DNA of 64,000 nt from the human T2T-CHM13v2.0 reference genome, Homo sapiens. Below, piece by piece: positions 50,590-63,800 of the stretch (positions are counted from its first letter, which is position 1; every line of letters begins with the position of its first letter). Where the stretch lies: assembly GCF_009914755.1 (NCBI RefSeq), contig NC_060928.1; one strand, given 5' to 3'. Both the position numbers and the translations under genes were made by a program. The notes below the pieces were generated by a model, which was given only the letters and a program-made list of their open reading frames with translations, was not told the DNA's origin and did no database searches.

Positions 50590-51220
50590 ATTTATTCATT
50601 TCTTTATTGCATACTTGATACATAATAACCTTATGTAATGCTCTATGGAGGAGTTGAAGATGGTTCTTGCTCTCCAGATACTGGACTTTAATAGGGAAGA
50701 CAAAGTAGGCACAACACATGATTACAGTAGTGTGCCAATAGGTGCCAAATGTTATACCAGGGCATAGAAACAAGTGCTTACTCTTAGATAGTGACCAGGA
50801 AGATGTCATTGAAAAGGTAATACTTCCACTGAAGATGAGTACAGTTGTAGAATGAGTACAATTTTTGTTAGAGTAAATATGAGAGGAAGTCAATGCAAAG
50901 TTATGAGAATAAAAAGAGAGAATTTCTAATCTGAAAGGAAGGAAAGATTCATCCTGAGAACAGTAGAGAAAGCAGGAAGATCAATTTTGAAAAGGCCTCG
51001 AAACACAGACAAGTAAGAGGTTTTGCTATGTTCTCTTGCTTTGGGGCTGAGGGTGAAGTACAATGGAAATTTTTTCATCATTTGAGTGTCTTGATCAGAG
51101 TAGTGTTTTTTAAAATTGTTTTGGTAGTGTTAGGAAAGATAGGTCAAGTTGAGAAAGAAACAGGAAGGAAGATAATTTTATTGCAGAAACACAGAAGTCA
51201 GATAATAAAGGACTAAAGTA
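50590..51220 (-). mobile_element. L2 fragment
   Basis: TTCATTTCTTTATTG...GGTTCTTGCTCTCCAG...; purine-rich L2 body. Confidence 0.6.
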
Positions 51221-51357
51221 GGGAGTTCTTTGTCTTGTAAGTTCCATAACATCTTTTAAATGATAGTACTGATCATCAGATTTAATGCAAGCAAGTGGAA
51301 TTACTTGACAAGATTGAGAAGAAGGAGTGAGGAAGGCAGTGGATGTGCTCTGATGAA

Positions 51358-52048
51358 TGTATTGGTTTGCTAGGTCTGCTACAACAAAGTGTCACAAGCT
51401 GGATGACTTAAACAACAGAAACTTACTGTCTCTCAGATCTGGAGGCTAGAAGTCAAAATTTAGTGTATCAATAGGGTTGGTTCTTTCTGATGGCTGAGAG
51501 ATGGATCTGTTCCTGATCTCTCTCCCTGACTTTGGATGGCTGCCTTCTCCCTATGTCTTCACGTCATCTTCCCTCTATGTATATCTCTGTGTCTAAATTT
51601 CCCCTTTTCATAAGAACATCTGCCATATTGGATTAGGGTACACCCTAATACCCTCATTTTTACCTTTCTGTAAAGACCCTAAAACTACCTCTGTAAAGAT
51701 CTCCAGATAGGGTCACATTCTAAGATACTAGTGGTTAGGACTTCAATGTATCTTTTGGGGGGACACAATTCAATCCATAACACTTGGCTTGTAGCGGCAT
51801 AACCACAACATTTACATGGAGTCTCCCTGTGTACATGTCTGAGTCCAAATTTCTTTTCATAAGGACACCAGTCATATTGGATTAGTGGCCTACACTTCTG
51901 TAGTAGGACCTCAAGTAATTATATCTACAGTGACCCTGTAAGGCTCTTTGTGACCCAAATAAGGTCACATTCTGAGGTACTGGGGGTTAGGACTTCAACA
52001 TATTAATTTAGTGGGAGAGGTGGGGGAGGCACAATTCAACCTACAACA
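51358..52048 (-). mobile_element. Composite MLT1B/MLT1C LTR (one and a half LTRs) within one TSD
   Basis: Two CACAATTCAA.C.A.AACA termini (51782, 52048); TSD ATGAA at 51353-51357 and 52049-52053. Confidence 0.85.
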
Positions 52049-52833
52049 ATGAAGATTCACCTAAAGTATTCATTGCTCTAAAAAACTCAATACATTTTAG
52101 GAAAATCTATCACATATTCATATATTCATAAAGATATGTGACTTATAACGCCTTATAAATATGACAATGAGAGAACAAAAACATTATCAAACTCAGTTTT
52201 TATTGATTCTGCTACTACGTAGATGTGGTTAAGACAAGGCATCCTAAAACAAAATTTAATAAAATGATCTTAACAAGAATAACCAAAATTTCCTTCTTTC
52301 GACTTCAAAGCTTCCTTTCATTAACATTGTTCTTAAAAGAGAAATAACACTTGCAGCCTAATCTCAATTATCAACTTGTATATTTTGGTTTGCATCAGCA
52401 TATCTCTAATGCACCACTTTATTGGTGCATTATTGCCACTGTACTCATTAAATTCAGCTTTCCCCAGTCCTCCTCATTTTAATTGGAAAAAAGCTAAAAA
52501 ATACACTGTTTTGAAAAATTCAAACACTGTAGAAGAATACAATGAAAGGTCCTTTCCTGAGCGCCCTACCTCAATCCTAATCTCGTAAATTACAAACAGC
52601 ATATTGTAACTCCATCCACATATTTTCTATGCATGAATGGGCATATATATGTCTTCATTCCACATTTTATTGTAAATGGGATTTATTTTGCACATTGTTT
52701 TATAACTCATTTTTTTCTACCTAACAATTTTAGAGCATTTTTCCACACAGGTACATATCAATCTAACTCATTTCTTTAAAACAGCGGCAGATAATTCTTT
52801 GTAACAAATTTAACTTGTGTAAGGAGTTAAATA

Positions 52834-53367
52834 TGTTACAAAGGGGATTTGGACGACCACCAGATGGCACTAGCACACAGTTTATTTGGGCAGAGATTGA
52901 CAGATTTGCCTGGGGGTGAGGGTGGGGGTTGGGGTGAGGACAGGGGCAGTTTCTCAGTGACAGCATGATACCTTCCAAAGGCAAGGGTGCAAAGGCGACT
53001 TTCCAGAAGGGACATAGAGGAAGATCTGAGGGAGAGTATTTAGAGGGGGTTATGTGTCTAGGTGGTGTCACTCAGCAGCATGGTGGGAGTCTCTGGGCAA
53101 AGAACTCTGAGAGAAGCAGTGGCCCCAGCATTTATCTAATCTATGGGACCTATGGTTAGCAGATGTTGGGTGCAGTTTCTCAGGATGTGCAAAGCAGGCA
53201 GGCTGTAAATGGCTAACAATCTGCTTTTGGGGGCTATATTTTAAAACAACTGGATGTGTAGAAATTTAAGTTTGGCCGTAGCCGGCTTTTGAGTTAAGAA
53301 GTCCCAGGCTGCTGTGAAGAAGTAAACAACACAGGGCCAGGGGCCATTTTAACTCATTTTTGTAACA
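52834..53367 (-). mobile_element. ERV solo LTR, family uncertain (possibly LTR55-like)
   Basis: Inverted termini TGTTACA/TGTAACA, reverse AATAAA near 52881, imperfect 4-bp TSD AATA/ACTA. Confidence 0.6.
52854..52872 (+). promoter_or_regulatory. Candidate CTCF binding site
   Basis: CGACCACCAGATGGCACTA versus consensus TGGCCACCAGGGGGCGCTA, with commonly tolerated AT and A variants. Confidence 0.65.
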
Positions 53368-54078
53368 ACTAGCTCCTTATTGAAAGGCACTTTATGATTT
53401 TTCCCAAGCCAAAAAGAAAAGAAGAGTCACAAACAGGTCAAAAGAAAAATTACTAATTTATATATGACAAAAGTCTAATTTTATAAGTATAATCAGGACT
53501 CCTAGAAATAAGAAAAATGATAAATTAGCACAGCTGTCTCCAAAATCAACCTTGAAAACTACAGAAACAGGAAGAAATTGGCTGTTGGAAGTAAATGAAG
53601 ACTGTGAGAAACCCCTGGGAAGAAGGGAACTAGTGACTAGAAGGGAGGGAGGCAGCCGAAGAGCACAGCAGTCACATGGGGAGGAGGATGTCCCTGGAAG
53701 CTTGGGAGGCTCTGGGGAGGTCATATATAATCTTAGCTCTTGTCTCCCGTACTTCACCTGGGAAGCTTTGCTGCCCTCCCAGTGTTGTGAAGCACTACCA
53801 GAGGAGCACAAGGCCAGGCTAATAAGGAGCTGATAGAAATAGGACTAGGATGAATTGTACCCTGGAATGTTCAGGCCTCCAACTCCTGTCAGCAGAGGTT
53901 ATTGGTCCCTGGAGCTCTCTCCTCTGAAACTTAACCCTTCTGCTTTCCTCAAATTCTCAAAAAAGGATTCAGTTGAGAATGTGTCTTTGAGCACTTCCCT
54001 AATAGACAACACAGAGCAGTATAGCTGATTTCATCAGTAAATTAATGTGATGCTACAGGTTCAAAGAAACTAGGTACC

Positions 54079-56433
54079 TATATTAGTCCATTTTCACACT
54101 GCTATAAAGATACTACCGGAAACTGGGTAATTTATAAACAAAAGAAGTTTAATTGACTCACACTTCCGCATGGCTGAAGAAGCCTCAGGAAATTTATGAT
54201 CATGGCAGAAGGTGAAGGGAAGCAAGGCACATCTGACATGGTGGCAGGAGAGAGAGACAGCAAGCATAGGAAATGACAGACACTTATCAAATAACCATGT
54301 CTTATGAGAACTCCCTCACTATCACAAGAGCAACATAGGGGAAACTGCCCCCACGATCCAATCACCTCCCACCAGGTCCCTCCCTTAACATGTGGGGATT
54401 ACAATTTGAGATTAGATTTGGGTGGGGACACAGAGCCAAATGATAACATTCCACTGCTGGCCCCTCCCAAATCTCATGTTATTTTCACATTTCAAAACCA
54501 ATTATGCTTTCCAAACAGTTCCCTGAAGTCTTAACTGATTCCAGCATAATCTCAAAAATCCAAGTCCAAAGTCTCATCTGAGACTAAGCAAGTCCCTTCC
54601 ACCTACGAGCGTGTAAAATCAAAAGCAAGTTAGTTACATCCAATATAAAGTGGGGGTACAGGCATTGGGTAAATGTTCTCATTCCAAATGGGAGAAATTG
54701 GCCAAAATAAAGAGGCTACAGGCCCCTTGCAAGTCTGATATTCTGATACCCAGCTGGGCAGTCATTAAATCTTAAAGCTCCAAAATCTCCTTTGAATATA
54801 GAGATGGAAAATACAAAACATAAATACAAAATATAAAACATGATGCAAGGCAGTGTACAGCTTCTGTGGCTGCTTTCACAAACTGGTGTTGAGTGCCTGC
54901 AGCTTTTCCAGGAGCACAGTGCAAGCTGTCAGTGGATCTACCTTTCTGGTGTCTGGTGGATGGTGACCCTCTTCTCACAGCATCACTAGGCAGTGCCCCA
55001 GTGGGGAATCTGTGTGGGGGCTCCAACTCCATATTTCCCTTCTGCATTGCTCTAGCAGAGGTTCTCCATGAGGGTTCTGCCCCTGCAGCAGACTTCTGCC
55101 TGGACATCTAGGCATTTCCACACATCCTCTGAAATCTAGGCAGAGGTTCCCAAACCTTAACTCTTGTCTTCTGAGTACCCACAGACCCAACACCACATGG
55201 AAGCTGCCAAAGCTAAGGGCTTGCACCCTCTAAAGCAATGGCCCAAACTCTACCTTGGCCCCTTTTAGCCATGGCTACAACTGAAGCAGCTGAGATGCAG
55301 GGCAGCATGTCCTGAAGCTGCACAGAGCAGAGGAGTCCTGGGCCAGGCACACAAAGCCATTTTTCCCTCCTCACCCTCTGGGCCTGTGATGGGAGGGGCT
55401 GCAATGAATTTTCTGACATGTTCTGGAGACATTTTCCCCATTGTCTTGGCTATTAAAACATTCAGCTTCTAGTTACTTATGCAAATTTCTGCAGCTGGCT
55501 TGAATTCCTCCCCAGAAAATGAGTTTTTCTTTTCTACCACATGGGCAGGCTGCAAATTTTCCAAACCTTTATACTCTGTTTCACTTTTAAACATAAGTTC
55601 CAATTTCAAACCATCTTTTTGTGAATGCGTATAACTGAATGCTTTTCAGAATAAGCCAGGTCACCTCTTGAATGCTTTGCTGTTTAGAAACTTCTTCCAT
55701 CAAATACCCTATATCATCTCTCTCAAGTTCAAAGTTCCACAGATCTCTAGGGCAGGGGCAAAATGCTACTAGTATCTTTGCTAAAGCATAGCAAGGGTGA
55801 CCTTTGCTTCAGTTCCCAATAAGTTCCTCATCTCCTTCTGAGACCACTTCAGCCTGGACTTCATTGTCCATATTACTATCAGTATTTTGGTCAACAAGCC
55901 TCTAGGAAGTTCCAAACTTTCCCTCATCTTTCTGTCTTCTTCTGAGCCCTCCAAACTGTTCCAACCTCTGCTGGTTACCCAGTTCCAAAGTCGCTTCCAC
56001 ATTCTCAGGTATCTTATAGAAATGCCCCACTACCTTGGTATCAGTTCTCTGTATTAGTCTGTTCTCATACTGCTATAAAGATACTACCTGAGACTGGGTA
56101 ATTTATAAACAAAAGAGGTTTAATTGACTCACACTTCCACAGGCTATACAGGAGGCATATAGGGAGCCCTATATGCCATATATGCCAAGGAAACTTGGCA
56201 GAAGGCAAAGGAGAAGCAAGGCACTTCTTACATGGTGGCAAGAAAGAGAGCAGGGGAAATGCTGGACACTTATCAAACAACCAGATCTCATGAGAACTTC
56301 CTCACTATCACAAGAACAGGATGGGGGAACTACCCCCGTGATCCAATCACCTCCCACCAAGTCCCTCCCTTGACATGTGGGGACTACAATTCAAGACGAT
56401 ATTTGGGTGGGGACACAGAGCCAAACTATATCA
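54079..56433 (-). mobile_element. Full-length MaLR (THE1D/MSTA): LTR 54079-54448, internal 54449-56049, LTR 56050-56433
   Basis: Two LTRs, THE1/MST-int peptides (SRQKSAAGAEPSWRTSARAMQKGN, GWNSLEGSEEDRKM), perfect TSD GTACC (54074-54078, 56434-56438). Confidence 0.95.
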
Positions 56434-56707
56434 GTACCTGAGGAGAACTTATAATAAAAGAAACTTGAAGCACACTGAATAACACATACCACATGAAGCA
56501 GATTTATTGGAAGAGATGGACCAATAAGCAAGCACCATATATATCTGCAAGAGTTAAGGAAGGATATTGATGATAGAACAAAGAAATAAGAAATTACTTT
56601 TAAAAATTGTAAATATTTATTTTAAAAATGAGATAGTTAAAATGAAGATGACAATAGGTGGGATATACAGCAAGATGATTACATCAAATAAGAAAATAGT
56701 AAATCAG

Positions 56708-57484
<777 letters not shown>

Positions 57485-57854
57485 TTATAAAGCAAACACC
57501 AAGGTAACCACCACAGAGGTGAAGAATATTGCTGGCCACCTATAAAAGTATCTGTAAAAAATGTAATCCATTTTGCCTGATTTTAAATTTTATATAAATG
57601 GGATTATACTGTATATATTTTTTTGTGCACTGCTTCCTTTACATTATGATAAAAATTTATCCAACTGGTTTAGTGTACTTGTCCTTTGTTCATTTCATTG
57701 CTATCTAAAATTTACCACACAACACTGTTATTACAAATAACACTACTGCTATTCTTGTATATGTACCCTGAGAGAAATGTGCCGGAGTTAGTCTATGGTA
57801 TATACCCAGGAATGACACTGCTGCCTTAGAAAATGTACACATTTTAACTTTTAG

Positions 57855-58343
<489 letters not shown>

Positions 58344-58559
58344 TGTATTTTACAAAAATCTAGGCCTGTAATTTTAACATAGGAAAATATTTTATTATTC
58401 TTAAAAAATTTAAAAAAAAAACACCTTTGGCTCTCCCGGTCCTCAATTACGTAGGTTTTTGTCCTTGTTTCAATAGTTTATGCTTTTTATTCTATTCTAC
58501 CTCCTTTTTTGACCTTATTTTGTTGGTTTTTTTTTTTCCCTAACCTCTTGACATATGGA

Positions 58560-59660
58560 TGGCTAGTTCTTAATGTTCAGTCTTCCTTCTTTTCTAATAT
58601 TTATACTGAAGCCTCTAATATTTACATGAATGGAGCTAATTATTACTTCAGGTGCATCCCACTAGTTTGGATATTTATTGTTTTTGTTATTGTTCAGCCC
58701 AAACTATTTTCTAATTCTCATTATGACTTCTTTAGTTCCTGACTTATTTCAAAGCACAATTTTTAAATTTCTCAATATATGACAATTCTCTAGTTGTCTC
58801 CTTGTTATTGGTTTCTAGTTTAATTATGAGGTGGTCAGAGAACATATTCTATAGATTTAAATCCTTTCAGATTTGTTTAGACTTGCTTTCTGACCTAATG
58901 TGTGATCAATGTTGTTAACTATACCATACGTATTTAAGAACACACGTATTCTTGTAAGAACTGGAAGCACTATTCTGTGTAGATTTGTTAGGTCAAATTT
59001 TGTTGTGGTCAAGTCTTCTCAGTCATTGGTGATTGTTTATCTGTTTGTTCTATTATTTACTGAAAAATGGCATGCTAAAATTTCCACCAAGGCCGTTGGT
59101 TTTTCAACTTGAAACTGCATCGGCTTTTCCATTATATATTTTGGGGCTGTGTTACTAGATGCAGATGAATTTAAAATGGAAACTTTTTATCATTATGAAG
59201 TGATCTTTTATATATACCATATTACTTTTTGACCTAAAGTCTATTTCGTATAACATTGATATATGTATACCAGGATTGTTTCAGTTAGCATTCACCTAGC
59301 ATAACTCTTTCCATTTATTTTTCTATTTTCGTGTACCTTAGATGTGTCTTATAAACAGGATACAGTTGGATGTTTTCAATACAATCTGACTTTTTTTTAG
59401 TTGGGGGCAGTTATTTCGTAATTACTGTTTTATGGATTTAAATCTACTGCCATATTTTTTTTTGTTTTCCTGTCTTATGTTTCATGTTTTCTCCTTTATT
59501 TTCTTAGTTGGAATTACCTGAGTATATTTTAATCATTCCATTTATTTTATTTTCTCTACTTGTGTGTAGCCTGTACAAAGTTAGGTACCCTGTTTCTATT
59601 CTTTTAGTTGTGACACTAGAATTATGCATTTGTACTTATTGTATCAATACCTAATGTTAA
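58560..59660 (-). mobile_element. Old L1M fragment (ORF2 endonuclease region)
   Basis: TTTCTAGTTTAATT...GTGGTCAGAGAACATA...GATGTGTCTTATAAACAG. Confidence 0.7.
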
Positions 59661-60351
59661 TCAATACTTAATCCTTACACATACATACAACACACACATA
59701 CACACACATCTGAGTATATTTGTTAAAGTACAGGAAAATATCTCTAAAGATGTCTCCAAATCATCTACAGTGGTTATTGCACGGGGCAAAGGGGAGGTTG
59801 AATTGGGAGGGGAAAAGTTGGGGGATTCATTTTGCTTATCACAGTGGTGCATACATATATTAAACAATGACAAAACATTAGCCATCATTATTATCTTTAT
59901 TCTTGCTCTGTATAATTCATGTTTGTATTTGCTACAGTGTATTTTGAACATATACAGTATATTTTTAACATGTCTATAATCAATGTTATTTAGGGGTTGA
60001 ATCTGAATGAGGAAAATATGAAGATTTATTTCTAAAACTCAACTAAAAATAAAAAATAAAAGTTTCAAGATATATGGTTTATTGAGTTGTTGGCAATTTG
60101 AAGTTTAGGAATGGGTTAGGAGTAGGTAGGAATTTTATGATCAATAGAGCAATCAGTAACAGCTAAAATAGCCAGAAGGAAAATTTAATAATTAAAAGAT
60201 TTGCAGTAACATAGAACTTAGGAGGGTGATCTCCACAGGGCCAGACTTAGGGAATGGGGTAGGGTGGGTGAAAGATGGCTTCACAGGAAGTGGCTAAAGT
60301 ATGGAGCTAGGGTGTAAATATTCTAGATTAATTGGAGTCTTTCACAGAGTA

Positions 60352-60685
60352 CCGTCATGTGCATGTAACAATGTTTTGGTCATGGACTGCATTACAATGG
60401 TGATCCCATGAGATTATATTTTTACTGTACATTTCTTATGTTTAGATACACAAGTACTTACCATTGTGTTACAATTGCCTACAGTATTCAGTAGAGTAAC
60501 ATGCTGTACAGGTTTGTGGCCTAGGAGCAATGGGCTATACCATACAGCTTAGGTGGGTAGTAAGCTATACCATGCAGGCTTGTGTAAGTGTGCTCTATGA
60601 TATTCACATGACAAAAAACAAACAACAAAACCCCCATTGAAATATTTCTCAGAAAGTATCCCCGTCCTTAAGTGATGCATGAATG
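60352..60685 (+). mobile_element. Tigger3a/MER7A MITE
   Basis: CCGTCATGTGCATGTAAC...GTACAGGTTTGTGGCCTAGGAGCAATGGGCTATACC...TTAAGTGATGCATGAATG. Confidence 0.85.
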
Positions 60686-60860
60686 TGCTGCCTCCACAGT
60701 ATATATTCAAAGGTGACCTTCATTGCATAGATTCACACACAAAAAAAGCCATGTGAAAATACCTTGCCCCTAGATTCAGGAATCTTCTGGACACACTCTT
60801 GTTTACAATTTAAATTATTTCCAAAAATTGATATATCTGTCGATTAAATACAAGTATTTG

Positions 60861-61286
60861 TGCGGCAGGAGAATAGGGTCTGGAAGCAGGGAACCTAGGA
60901 CTGATTTGTGCTGATGGGATATCAGTTGAAAGACTACTCCCCTTCAACCCCTCCTTTTTCTGCATGGCAGTTGCTGCCTGGCAGTTGCAAGCCCTTCTTT
61001 TTCTGTGTGGCAGTTGAAAAATGAAAGTGCCTCAGATTGGTCCCCTTCCTCAACCAATCAGACTTGTGGAAGACCAATGGGAAACCTCTAGAAGGTATTT
61101 AAACCCCAGAAAATTCTGCAACCTGTGCTTTTGAGCAGCTTGCCACAGCCTGCTTCCACGCAGTGGAGTAGTGTACTTTCATTTAAAATAAATCTCTGCT
61201 TTCGCTGCCTTGCTTTATTTGTGTGTTTTGTCCAATTATTTGTTCAAAACGCCAAGGACCTAGCCAACTACCCTCAACTGTTAACA
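60861..61286 (+). mobile_element. ERV1 MER4-group solo LTR (MER51/LTR15/MER48-like)
   Basis: TGCGGCAGGAGAATAGGGTCTGGAAGCAGGGAACCTA start; CCAAT, TATTTAAA, AATAAA; ends TTAACA. Confidence 0.75.
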
Positions 61287-61329
61287 GCTGCACACACATA
61301 TCAAGGCACACCAGCTTCACCCTGCCTGG

Positions 61330-61600
61330 AGCTTCTTCCCATGCCTAGTTTTCTCTTACAATTCCGGTCTCTGCTCAATTATCACTTCTAAAAGAGGAGT
61401 TTATAGAGACCACCATGTGTAAAACAGCTTTTCTACATGCCCCCGCCAGCTAATTTTTATTAGAGTACTTATATTATTTGAAATAATATTTTTACATGCC
61501 TCCATCCCCTGGAAAATGAGCTGAGTGAGGGATATTGTTGGAGTATCCCCAGTACCAGGCACACAGTAGGCATTCAATAAATAGTTTTTGAATGATTACA
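61330..61600 (+). mobile_element. L2 3' end
   Basis: TATCCCCAGTACCAGGCACACAGTAGGCATTCAATAAATAGTTTTTGAATGA. Confidence 0.75.
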
Positions 61601-61731
61601 TTGTCTACGGAATTCTAACATGTATGGGTGAAACAAAGACTCTCACATGCTGTGAGAAGAAAACAAAAACTGGGTTGGCAGAGGCCTTGAATATGAGGAA
61701 GTGGCCTTTCCGGATAAAGAAACTAAGACTC

Positions 61732-61962
61732 GGCCGGGCGTGGTGGCTCAGGCCTGTAATCTCAGCACTTTGGGAGGCCGAGGCGGACGGATCACCTGAG
61801 ATCAGGAGTTCGAGACCAGCCTGGCCAACACGGCGAAACCCCGTCTCTACTAAAAATACAAAAAAAAAAAAAAAAAAAAAAATTAGCCGGGCGTGGTGGC
61901 GGAGGCCTGTAATTCCAGCTGTTCGGGAGGCTGAGGCAGGAGAATCGCTTGAACCCGGGAGG
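61732..61962 (+). mobile_element. AluS truncated in the right arm, followed by a purine-rich tract
   Basis: CpG-rich Alu ending at GAACCCGGGAGG. Confidence 0.93.
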
Positions 61963-62033
61963 AAGAAAGAAAGAGGGAATGAGGGAAGGCGGGAAAGAGG
62001 GAAAGAAGAAAAGAAAAGAAAGGAAAGAGAAGA

Positions 62034-62084
62034 GGGGCGGGGCGGGGCAGGGCAGGGCAGGGCAGGGCAGGGCAGGGCAGGGCA
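62034..62084 (+). repeat. (GGGGC)2 G (GGGCA)8 pentamer array, G-quadruplex-competent, with GC boxes
   Basis: Ten G3-4 tracts with 1-2 nt loops. Confidence 0.9.
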
Positions 62085-62149
62085 AAAAAAGACTCAGTGC
62101 AGGAAAGGACTTGCCCAAGGTAATCTAGTACGTGGAAAAGCGGAGGGCA

Positions 62150-63140
62150 GGAGCCTGTGCCGTGCAAGAGCTCCGGGGAGCCAACACCGAGCGGCCCTTT
62201 TGAGAGGGTCCCAGCCCCTGAGATGCGGGAGCCCGCAAGAGGGAACCTCTTGTCTGAAGAGGTTGCTGCGCTCTGGAGTCGTGCTCTGGGACAGATGGGC
62301 AAGCTCCGCTCTTGGGGCCGGAAGCGTGTAGCGTCTCCACCCGGGCTCCAATCCCCAGCCTCGCACTCAGCACCAGGCAGAGTTCAGCCTCCCGCCGCAA
62401 GCTCCCTTCCGCCGCTCCCGGCGAGCACGCAGGTCTGGCTGTCCGTTGGGCTAGGGCTTAAAAGCCCAACACGGGCGAAAAAGACGCGGTCTCAGTTAAC
62501 GGGGACGCTTTAGAGAAACGCACTCGCCTCTCCTGTTCCGGTTGGGTCGGCGCGGGCTTCTCAGGCGCCACGTGGGATTCGGCCCGGGTGCTCTTGTGAG
62601 CTGCTGCTCCTGCGGTTGGTGAGATTACCTGGGTCTAGAGTGCGGAGCTGCTCCGTGGCCACGAGGACGTCACCATGGTGGGCCCCCTCCTGCTCCCCCG
62701 AACCGCTCGGTTGGTTCCCCGGAAGGCTCTTGTTGAGCAGGCAGAGAGGGAGGGTGCGGTTTCGGGAACCTAGGAGAGGGGAGGATGCAAAGTGTTTATT
62801 TTCAGGGAGTGTGCGGGGTGCGGGGCGAAGCCTCTGGGAGGCGAGTCCCAGGCCCAACGCCTGGACCTTAGAGTTCCGCGTCCGAGTGCTGAAGTGCTCA
62901 CACGTCGCCTTGCTCCTCTTTGCCTTGTGCCTAACTTCTCGCTAGTCACTACTTCCTTGGGGGAAACCCGGCACCTTTCCATTGTAACGCATCGAGGAGT
63001 TTGGCAAAACTTCTGAGATCGCTGGCCCTACACACCTCTGCCTCTCTGGCCTGGGTAGACTCAGTATGTGGGCTTAGTCGCCTCTTCCTCGGCGTCCGTT
63101 CACCTCTCGTTAGTGCCCTGAATCCTGCCGTTACGCCCCC
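62150..63140 (+). promoter_or_regulatory. TMA16: CpG island and promoter of TMA16
   Basis: High CpG density; CACGTG (62569-62574); ETS-type CCGGAAG/TTCCGG motifs near 62318, 62536, 62719. Confidence 0.85.
62675..62677 (+). CDS. TMA16: Start codon (sole coding part of exon 1) of translation machinery-associated protein 16; rest of gene is downstream of the window
   Basis: GTCACC-ATG followed directly by donor GTGGGC; identity from recalled TKTL2-TMA16 divergent gene order, no peptide visible here. Confidence 0.7.
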
Positions 63141-63169
63141 ATTCGCTCCAGGGCACTGAAGCAGTTTTG

Positions 63170-63800
63170 TTGTTTTTATTAAAAACTGAGTAGATACAAA
63201 AGAGTGTTACTAAAGCACATTTCAAGTGTAAAGATGAACAGTTTCAGGAATTCTCGTTTACCCATTTTGTAGTTTTAAGAAATAAAACATAGCCTTTGAA
63301 AGCCCTGTGTTACCTTCTTTGAACTTTCAGGAAACCTTAAGAAGCAAACATTATCTAAGTTTTGTATTTATAATTTCACTACTTTTCTTTATAGTTACTA
63401 CATATATTTGTATTTTGAAACAGTATGTTGTTTCTTGCCTATTTTTTACGTAATCGTTGTGTTCTTGAGAGTAATTCTTGCATAGAAACATGCTTTATAA
63501 ATTTTTTTCAATTAATTTTTAATAAAAGCAAAATTTTAAAAGTTTATAATCTGGTCAGAAGTTACGATATTGTGTCCACAATGTGGCCTCTTTGTTTCTT
63601 TTCATTTTTTTCTCTTTTCATTGTATGCCATTTTTGTCTTACAGTCTGGTTCTTTCGTTGTTTCGCGAGTTTTTTGTGCTTTATTTTGATCCACTGCTGA
63701 CGCATATTTTGTACTTTAGATTGTACACATTTGTGTAAATTCAGTGTTTGCTTGTCACTTTGCTTGTGGGATTTCCAACTCTTTATAGTGTTAGTTTTTT
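63170..63800 (-). mobile_element. Old L1ME-like 3' fragment in the first intron
   Basis: Degenerate reverse L1 3' UTR motifs (ACTTTTCTTTATAGTTACTACATAT, GTATGTTGTTTCTTG). Confidence 0.5.

Noticed and set aside
61588-62331. 247-aa ORF
   Set aside because: Made of Alu, purine-tract and GGGCA-repeat translation plus stop-poor CpG island; no domain.
62445-62470. 8-bp hairpin GTTGGGCT/AGCCCAAC in the TMA16 promoter
   Set aside because: Too short to be significant in GC-rich DNA.
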